From positions 1 through 64,000 of the IMG/VR virus record IMGVR_UViG_2897137741_000002: a stretch of DNA of 64,000 nt; one strand, 5' to 3'. Shown piece after piece: positions 57,386 to 64,000 of the stretch. The position numbers and the translations under genes were made by a program. The notes below the pieces were generated by a model. It saw only the letters and a program-made list of their open reading frames with translations, was not told the DNA's origin and did not search any database. The DNA comes from an uncultured virus (IMG/VR IMGVR_UViG_2897137741_000002) (taxonomy: Duplodnaviria; Heunggongvirae; Uroviricota; Caudoviricetes). Within the stretch, counting starts at the first letter, position 1. Every line of letters begins with the position of its first letter.

Positions 57386-58292
57386 TTTCTCGATCCTCTT
57401 CTTCTGCAACAGGTTCTTCAACAGTATGCTTATTCATTTCTTCCCAATATTCCTCTGAATATTGATTTTTCAAACCAAGCATTCGAGACAGATGCCCAAG
57501 GAAAAATACCTTAATGTATTTCCCGATTTTATCAGGATCTTTCCATCTAGGCTCTGGCTCAGGAATAGGTCTCTCATTCTCATATTTTTTGATCAGAGTG
57601 CCAAAAGACTCTTGTTCAACTCCACTTGCTCCAGTTTCTTGAACGGGTTTTAAATTACTTGACCCAAGTAAATCTTGAAGAGTTTTTTGCTGCTGATCGA
57701 CTTTTTCACCATTTTCACGCCGTTTGCGTATATCTAGCCGAGTCAAACATATTTCATTTATAAGAAGTTCCATTCCCTTAGAGTCGCATTCATACCTATT
57801 CGTGAAGTCAATGTACTCATTCTGAAGCCAAATGTAATCTTCAACATCAAGACCACGACCCCAGAATTGCATTAATTCATCTATGTCTTCCTTAGATATA
57901 TCTTCTGTACTTTTAGCTAGTAATAGCTGTGTTGTATATTCTTGTTCTTCTTCAAAGTCAAACTCACTGTCTGCCCAAGTTTTTGACTTGTAATCTTTCA
58001 TTCCGATATTTTTCATATACGTACCTAACACATTTCCAGCTGATTTTTTCTTGGACTCTGATTCATTGACAGCGGAAACCCATAAGTCGTAAACAAATGG
58101 ACGATCAATCATTCTCAAGATGTTTTGCACATTCTTTAAGTTATCTTTGTCTTTTTGGAATTCATTTTGGAGACAGCTTTTACATACTGACAGCTTGCCG
58201 GTTGCAGAATTGAAAGGAGATTCCGAGATATAATATTGATTGGCATTTTGTTCTTTGCCGCAGCATGAACATTTTATTTTTTCTGCAGACAT
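57372..58292 (-). CDS. yonG: phage protein with N-terminal CxxC zinc motifs, possible terminase small subunit
   Basis: 306 aa; CSCC...CKSC; overlaps the terminase start. Confidence 0.72.
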   Translation of the reverse strand: MSAEKIKCSCCGKEQNANQYYISESPFNSATGKLSVCKSCLQNEFQKDKDNLKNVQNILRMIDRPFVYDLWVSAVNESESKKKSAGNVLGTYMKNIGMKDYKSKTWADSEFDFEEEQEYTTQLLLAKSTEDISKEDIDELMQFWGRGLDVEDYIWLQNEYIDFTNRYECDSKGMELLINEICLTRLDIRKRRENGEKVDQQQKTLQDLLGSSNLKPVQETGASGVEQESFGTLIKKYENERPIPEPEPRWKDPDKIGKYIKVFFLGHLSRMLGLKNQYSEEYWEEMNKHTVEEPVAEEEDRENDLT

Positions 58293-58394
58293 ATTTCACC
58301 TCCATAAATTTGATGTAAACACATTTTATAAAACGCCCAGCAATAGAGCGGAAGGGGAGTACCACAATCATCGCTGGGCGTTCTAAAAAGGTGC

Positions 58395-58931
58395 TTAAAC
58401 TAAAGAAGAGAGGATTTCATCGTGATGAAACCCTCCTTTGATCTCAATTCCTAATTTTTTAATTGTTTTGAGTTGCTCTTTATTAACAGTACAGTCAATA
58501 TAGACGCCATTCGGAAAATGATTACCTTCTAAATAATTGGCTGAGAAAATAGTACAACTAATTCCTTTTTCTTTAGCCAAGTCTTTATAAATCTCTTTAT
58601 GTCCACCTACAAGTAAAGGGATATTATTCTCTTGTGATAACCTAAGAAGAAGAGTTGTTTTGCCTTTACCTCTCTGAGAATCATTTACCAGAAGAACCTT
58701 AGGTGCATTTTTATGGAATTTTTCTTGTAGTGATTTATCAACGTCATTAAAAACAACTTTCATTCGCTTGAATGGCGGTTCGATTTTATCACCAAAAATA
58801 GTTAAATGAATAGCTTCTAATACTCGTTTAATCTCAGCATCACATCTGTATCCAGATTTTTTTAACTCTGAGAGAGTTTCTAAATGTTTATTTAAGTATT
58901 TAAAATCTTCATTTGTCATTTTCGTCTTCAT
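58395..58931 (-). CDS. hypothetical protein with P-loop-like motif
   Basis: SQRGKGKTT; at the yonH position. Confidence 0.7.
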   Translation of the reverse strand: MKTKMTNEDFKYLNKHLETLSELKKSGYRCDAEIKRVLEAIHLTIFGDKIEPPFKRMKVVFNDVDKSLQEKFHKNAPKVLLVNDSQRGKGKTTLLLRLSQENNIPLLVGGHKEIYKDLAKEKGISCTIFSANYLEGNHFPNGVYIDCTVNKEQLKTIKKLGIEIKGGFHHDEILSSLV

Positions 58932-58951
58932 CCTCAATCGTTTTTTTTGTA

Positions 58952-59287
58952 TTACTTTAATAAACCTTCAATAGCTCCTAGGCTCACAACTATCTCATAA
59001 GGTGAATAGTGTTTTGCTGCCACACTCATGTTTCTTAAATCATCTAGGGCAATTCTTTTATTTATAAATGCTTCTCTATGAGACTCAATAACATATTCAG
59101 GATCAACAAATGGCTTACTTACAGTATTACAAGTCACTTCTTCATAAACAGCAGGAATAGAATCCAATAGATACTTATAATCACATAGCTCTTTCATTAG
59201 TTGATCTTTGTTAATGTTTCCTGTTTCATCTTCAATGATTTGCTTCCAGAAAGACTCGTAAACCTCTTTGTAATCAGCCACTTGCAC
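58952..59287 (-). CDS. hypothetical phage protein (111 aa)
   Basis: GTG start after GGGG; compact operon placement. Confidence 0.7.
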   Translation of the reverse strand: MQVADYKEVYESFWKQIIEDETGNINKDQLMKELCDYKYLLDSIPAVYEEVTCNTVSKPFVDPEYVIESHREAFINKRIALDDLRNMSVAAKHYSPYEIVVSLGAIEGLLK

Positions 59288-59296
59288 TACCCCAAT

Positions 59297-59322
59297 CTGA
59301 ATAAAATTAAAGTTTTATCAAT
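59297..59322. repeat. 26-bp junction palindrome, copy 7 (contains the upstream gene's stop)
   Basis: CTGAATAAAA TTAAAG TTTTATCAAT. Confidence 0.75.
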
Positions 59323-59773
59323 AGTGAATTTTAAAAAATTCTTTATCAACTGGGTTCACTTTAAAAATCAAGTCTAAACCCGATACTTCTCCGTTAACAC
59401 CTTTTAATTCAGCCCTAGAAATAATTTCTACATTGTTAAATTCTAAGGTAACTCTATGGGCCTCTGATGACTCAGGGCGAGAACCGACAGTTTCAGCCAA
59501 TAGTTTGAATTCATGCTTAGGCGTCTCAGTTAAAACAGAAATATATTGTTTCTTTCCCAACTTTGATTCAAAGGAGGTAGGAGCTTTATAATCACCTAAA
59601 AATTTAAGTGCCTCAAAATTTAGCAGAGCATTCTTTGCAAAAATCAAATACGTTTCATGTTCATCACTATAAAAAATTTCAACATCTTGAAGTGTTGTTA
59701 AATCAACTAAAGATTCCTCAGTTTTTCTATCATACAAGTGAAGGTTATACACTTCATGCATTGCTAAATCCAA
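59318..59773 (-). CDS. hypothetical phage protein (~151 aa)
   Basis: TTG after AAAGGAGG. Confidence 0.7.
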   Translation of the reverse strand: MDLAMHEVYNLHLYDRKTEESLVDLTTLQDVEIFYSDEHETYLIFAKNALLNFEALKFLGDYKAPTSFESKLGKKQYISVLTETPKHEFKLLAETVGSRPESSEAHRVTLEFNNVEIISRAELKGVNGEVSGLDLIFKVNPVDKEFFKIHY

Positions 59774-59786
59774 GCAGATTCCTCCT

Positions 59787-60986
59787 TTAGTTTTCATTTT
59801 TAAAACGAATAATGTATGTAGCTTCAACACCGTCATCATCAAAGACCATGAACTTTTGAGACGGTTTCGTTCCAAAGCGACCCTGCATCGCATAATCATC
59901 AGCGCCAACTAGCGCTCCGTTTACAACAACTGTTGTGCTGCCATATTCCTTTTCAAAGTTGTGATGAATATGACCACTGAATATGTAAGAAGGGATATAG
60001 CCAAGTAATTGAGGTAGGCGGGTTACGCATTGATCAACACGATCATAGTGACCGTGGACAAATACGACTTCATGATTGTTGATTTTAGCGGGGATAAAAC
60101 CATCTTGTTCCGGTTCAATGGAAATGTTTTTAATATCTCTTAATCTAGCTTCGAGGTACCAATTAATGAGGTATTCAAAGTTTTCTTTTATTCCCACATC
60201 ATTCTTAGAAGGGGAGAGACGACCGTGATTACCAGCTACATTGTAAAACTTAATTTCTTGAAACTCGCTGGCCAACATAGCTAGCACCTCAGCAAGCGTT
60301 TCTGACACATATTTAATTTGCTCTACAGCATCTTCATTAGCCTGAACTCTTGTTGAAACATGTATAAGACCTCCAATTAAATCACCAAGATTTGCAACGT
60401 GTAATGTGGAGACATGATTCTTCTTTCCATACTCAATTACTTTGTTTGTGAGATGCTCAACTCGTTCATCGAATATTTCTTTATTGAACTTATTGATGCG
60501 GTTATCGATTTCCATTCCGAAGTGCCAGTCACTGAATAAAGCAAGCCCATGCTTTTCAGCAGCAGTAGGGAGGGGGAAAGTGAAACGTAGAGGTCTTTTT
60601 GATTCTAAATTAACAATAGCTTGGACTACATCATCCTTGATTTTTTCAAAGCGAGCTTGATTCGCTATACTTTTTCTGTATTCTCTTTTTTGATCACGAG
60701 TTCTAATCTTTTCCTTTTCAGATTGAAGTCGCACTTCTTCGTATTTCCTTAGGATTTCTTCATCCAAATTCTTGGACATTATGTAATCATTCCATCGTTC
60801 ATATTGCTTATAATCCTTGCGCCATTTACTCTCATCATAATTTGTACCTTGATCTTTGTTTAAGAGAGTGGCAATGGTTTTAGTATCAATGTGATAAGTA
60901 TCTTTATTTTTAAAAAGTCGGATGTGGTAGTCAGTAAAGGATTCTTCCTTTTCACGGTGCAACACAGGGTTTAAAATAGCTGTCAT
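59787..60986 (-). CDS. yonJ: calcineurin-like metallophosphoesterase
   Basis: SDWH, LGD, GNHG, HGH, GHIHH motifs. Confidence 0.82.
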   Translation of the reverse strand: MTAILNPVLHREKEESFTDYHIRLFKNKDTYHIDTKTIATLLNKDQGTNYDESKWRKDYKQYERWNDYIMSKNLDEEILRKYEEVRLQSEKEKIRTRDQKREYRKSIANQARFEKIKDDVVQAIVNLESKRPLRFTFPLPTAAEKHGLALFSDWHFGMEIDNRINKFNKEIFDERVEHLTNKVIEYGKKNHVSTLHVANLGDLIGGLIHVSTRVQANEDAVEQIKYVSETLAEVLAMLASEFQEIKFYNVAGNHGRLSPSKNDVGIKENFEYLINWYLEARLRDIKNISIEPEQDGFIPAKINNHEVVFVHGHYDRVDQCVTRLPQLLGYIPSYIFSGHIHHNFEKEYGSTTVVVNGALVGADDYAMQGRFGTKPSQKFMVFDDDGVEATYIIRFKNEN

Positions 60987-60997
60987 TCAGTCACCAC

Positions 60998-61207
60998 CTA
61001 CTCAGAGAGTCCTTCAGTTTCTTGAGGTACAACTTCACTGTCGCTTTTTAAAGTGAAATCAATCGGTTCTGTTTTGCTTTCAATTTCTCTTAAGTACTTA
61101 GATAATGAGTGAATGTGTATGCCATCATTTTTATACTCAATAATTTGATCTTCATCAACGTTTACAGTGCACTTTTTAAAAGAGTATTCTTTTTTACCTT
61201 TAGCCAA
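60998..61207 (-). CDS. yonK: YonK-family small protein (69 aa)
   Basis: TTG after GGAGG; first gene of the late operon. Confidence 0.72.
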   Translation of the reverse strand: MAKGKKEYSFKKCTVNVDEDQIIEYKNDGIHIHSLSKYLREIESKTEPIDFTLKSDSEVVPQETEGLSE

Positions 61208-61240
61208 ATTAAATTCCTCCAATATTTGTTTTTTACGTAC

Positions 61241-61358
61241 AATAAGCTCCTTCGGAAGCCCGATGATCCGAAGCATCGGTAACGTCCGAAAAGGGGATAT
61301 AAAGGAGATGAAAAGATAAGTCGGATAGGCGTTGGGGAAACGCCCGAAGGAGATTATT
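61241..61358 (-). ncRNA. structured four-way-junction RNA (yonK leader or sRNA)
   Basis: outer stem CTCCTTCGG/CCGAAGGAG encloses three hairpins; strand inferred. Confidence 0.5.
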
Positions 61359-61481
61359 GATAACTTGGGTACATATGAATTACAGACCTATTCCAGTTAT
61401 CAAAAACACTGTTCTGCGTGGTAAAATAATCCACAATAGGTATAATGAAGTGTAGATGAATTTGAAAAAGGGGTGTTTTTT

Positions 61482-61658
61482 TTGATAGACAAAGTTTTGA
61501 ATGCCTTTATTATAATAGGTGTTTTGTTGGTAGTTGGAGCGGTTACTGTTTTTAAAGATTTTGAATATCACCAATATCTTCGTTTTGGTGGAGCAATAAT
61601 GATAGCTTTTGGCTTTTTGTTTGGTTATGACAAAGTAAAAGCTAAAAAAAAAGAGTGA
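61482..61658 (+). CDS. small two-TM membrane protein (58 aa)
   Basis: TATAAT at 61441, RBS AAGGGGTG, TTG start; basic C-terminal tail. Confidence 0.65.
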   Translation: MIDKVLNAFIIIGVLLVVGAVTVFKDFEYHQYLRFGGAIMIAFGFLFGYDKVKAKKKE

Positions 61659-62591
61659 ATGACTTTTAAATTCTATTGTTCTAGTTATTTTCTTACCCAT
61701 CTCACCTACACCAATGAATGAGAAGGAAAGACTCATTATAAGCCTTCTCAATGGCATTTCAGTCTCTCTTGTTAGGTTACACGCCTTATTGAGAAACAAA
61801 GCGTCTCAAACGCTCGCCAATTATTTTACACAGTTTTCTCTGACTCGTGTAAGGAGGTATGTGCATGGAAGGTAAGTCTCCATTCAGAACATTGAAGGAG
61901 ACATAGCGAATAAAATAGTGAATGTGTTTTCTAGTGAAATTGAAAAGACAAGACCGAAAATAATCCTTTTCTGTGAAATAGGAGCGGTGATCAATCGCTC
62001 AAACACTATTCCACTTATTTTACGAGTATAGAAGACTCGCTAACCCGGAAAAATTTTGATGACCGCATAATAAGCCCCAAAGCTTACAAGGGCTTTATTT
62101 AAAGGGAAGGAAGACGCATCTGCCTTACCTAAGTGTAAGCCGAAGCAGTACACCGTAATTAATATTCAGGCTACATGTCACCCATAGTAAGACTGTGATG
62201 GGATTCACCCTACAAAACAGCAATTTTTCAGCTTGAGTAGCATAGGTCTTACCGACATGTTTAGCCCGATAATAGCCATTTACCTGTCTCCTTAAGATAC
62301 AGACATCCGAGTTAACCTCGCACCCTCATAAATGACTACTATCCGACTAACTGCAATGACCAACCGCAATTTTGTGTCAGAATGATACAGAAAATAGGGG
62401 AGTAGATATTGTTTAATCAATAAAAGCTAGTCCACACAGAAGAGGAATCTCCACTAATGTTCATTCAAATTAGTCTGTATCTTCATAATGAACATTAGTC
62501 GAGAACTGATATCCCATATATTAGTAATCAACGGTTGATTGACAACACCCCAATGTTGGCAATCAAATAATCTCTCTTAACACCTGAAGTG

Positions 62592-62670
62592 AATGCAGAC
62601 GAGGATTTGCACCTCGCATAAGTTTACGGCCCTTCGGCTTGTATGTGTCTACCTATTCCACCACCGCATT
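62592..62670 (-). ncRNA. tRNA-like element lacking a canonical anticodon arm
   Basis: acceptor-like AATGCGG/CTGCATT; D-arm GTG-GAATAGGTAGA-CAC; T-arm CGAGG-TGCAAAT-CCTCG; no CCA. Confidence 0.55.
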
Positions 62671-62716
62671 TACAGGTGAAGAGAGGGGAGAGATGCTAAT
62701 CCCTCATTATAGATTG

Positions 62717-62992
62717 TTAAGCTTTCACTGCATCTTTGAGAGCTTTTGCAGCCTTGAAGGCAGGTGCTTTTGTTGCCGGAATATCAATTTCCTCGCCTGA
62801 TTGCGGATTTCTCCCTTTACGTGCTGCACGTTCGCGGACTTCAAATGTACCAACTCCAGGAATCTTGATTGATTCACCTTTTGCTAGTGTTTCAACAATA
62901 ACATCAAATACTGCTTCTACTTTAGGAGTAGCTTCTTTCTTAGGAACACCTAATTTTTCTGCAACTGCTCCAACAAATTCTGTTTTGTTCAT
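62717..62992 (-). CDS. yonN: phage HU DNA-binding protein
   Basis: MNKTE..., GTFEVRERAARKGRNPQSGE. Confidence 0.93.
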   Translation of the reverse strand: MNKTEFVGAVAEKLGVPKKEATPKVEAVFDVIVETLAKGESIKIPGVGTFEVRERAARKGRNPQSGEEIDIPATKAPAFKAAKALKDAVKA

Positions 62993-63252
62993 GTTTTAAT
63001 TCCTCCTAGTGATTTTGGTTATTTTTTGTTAAAGTATAATTACGGTAACGTTTGTGCTTCTATTGAAAAATGGGAGACGTACTCACCCTTATATGTGGAA
63101 ATTAGCTTTCTTTCTCCCTTATGGCGATTATCTATTTTCTGACTAAAAATCGCTCAATCCCTTGTCCCGCAAGGATTTAAAGTCCCTTGGTTTTTGCTGG
63201 TTTTTACATATAGAGCCAGAAACCCTTATGTACCAAGGGTTCAAGGCACTTT

Positions 63253-64000
63253 CTAAACCGTTACACTTCTAAATCTTCTTACTCGTTCCTTTGTTTTTTC
63301 TTTTTCTCTCTTACTTCCACACCCTTCACAAAGCCTTTGTCTATTAGAGGATGGAGAGAATAAAAGATCGCAATCATCACACCTCTTCATGTCCTTTAAA
63401 TTAACTTTTAAATTATTAAGCATAATATCACCAAAACATTCCCATAGGGTGGCTTTGAACTTGCTTTTCTTCTTGTAAAGGTGTTTAACTAAAACATCAA
63501 CTATGTATTGTTCCTTATTATGTACTTCCAGTAATCGATCCTTAATTATCTTATAAACATAAAGCTTTTGACCTGGTTTCGTTTCTTCGTCCCTATTCAT
63601 TAACCACTTTTTGTTGCGATCAAGTCTGGTATACATTTTAATTATCGATTCATCTAATCTAGTATTCTTATTTTTCAACAATAACTGATAATCAAAGTGA
63701 CCAGCGACAGACCTAAAATTAATTCTATCAGAAGGAATAATTTGTTCTAACCTGTTTACTGTACTGTTATTAAGTTTTTCAACATTATTTTCTTCTTTAT
63801 CCTTTGCATTGATGAAGAAGTAGGGGACTTTATTTTTTATGTAATCTTTGATTTGCTCATCAACATGATCAGGGCGGGTGGGCATGAAAAGCGTCTTTGC
63901 AAAATCGATAGTAAAGTTATTCTCCATGCATAACCATTTGATCACGTCCAGGTTTATATTGGCACTGTTCCATATCTTAGTGATATTGTTACTGTACTCC
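63253..64000 (-). CDS. yonO: single-subunit phage RNA polymerase YonO, 3' part (truncated by the window edge)
   Basis: frame open to the window edge; NN..IDFAKT motif, C-terminal CxxC..CxxC; position upstream of HU as in SPbeta. Confidence 0.8.
   Translation of the reverse strand, partial: EYSNNITKIWNSANINLDVIKWLCMENNFTIDFAKTLFMPTRPDHVDEQIKDYIKNKVPYFFINAKDKEENNVEKLNNSTVNRLEQIIPSDRINFRSVAGHFDYQLLLKNKNTRLDESIIKMYTRLDRNKKWLMNRDEETKPGQKLYVYKIIKDRLLEVHNKEQYIVDVLVKHLYKKKSKFKATLWECFGDIMLNNLKVNLKDMKRCDDCDLLFSPSSNRQRLCEGCGSKREKEKTKERVRRFRSVTV

Noticed and set aside
61380..61799. 139-aa minus-strand ORF in the track
   Set aside because: No RBS and low-complexity translation; shadow of the plus-strand membrane peptide gene.
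61865..61906. 13-aa ORF MEGKSPFRTLKET behind AAGGAGG
   Set aside because: Too short to support; equally explained as an anti-SD loop of a minus-strand RNA.
62592..62670. Functional tRNA-Leu or YrlA-type Y RNA
   Set aside because: No 5-bp/7-nt anticodon arm and no CCA. Arm order is D then T rather than the permuted YrlA order, and there is no Ro60 gene in the window.

Overview
Bacillus subtilis-type chromosome. Bases 1-~6977 are host core genes (ymzC, ymzA, nrdI-nrdE-nrdF, ymaB, cwlC, 5' part of spoVK). From ~6978 to the window end lies a large SPbeta-like prophage inserted inside spoVK. Its first ~18 kb are accessory cargo: a GNAT, YokF nuclease, an LXG-HNH toxin with SUKH immunity genes, bsrG/SR4, a RapK-like Rap-Phr pair, a secreted protein, yolD-uvrX and the sublancin cluster. 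Lysis, tail, head and packaging genes follow on the minus strand, then a ~1.5 kb hairpin-dense, largely non-coding region, a phage HU gene and the 3' end of the YonO RNA polymerase. Most notable: (1) a dispersed 26-bp palindrome (10-bp arms, variable 6-bp spacer) at gene junctions, one copy at the end of the tyrosine recombinase yomM; (2) the att junction seems to split a phage tandem-HTH gene as well as spoVK; (3) a structured RNA cluster with a tRNA-like domain, a pseudoknot and anti-Shine-Dalgarno loops; (4) a Rap-Phr pair with co-varying non-canonical residues; (5) two remotely related secreted-protein plus small-membrane-protein modules. SPbeta gene symbols come from remembered sequences, lengths and synteny, not from a database search.
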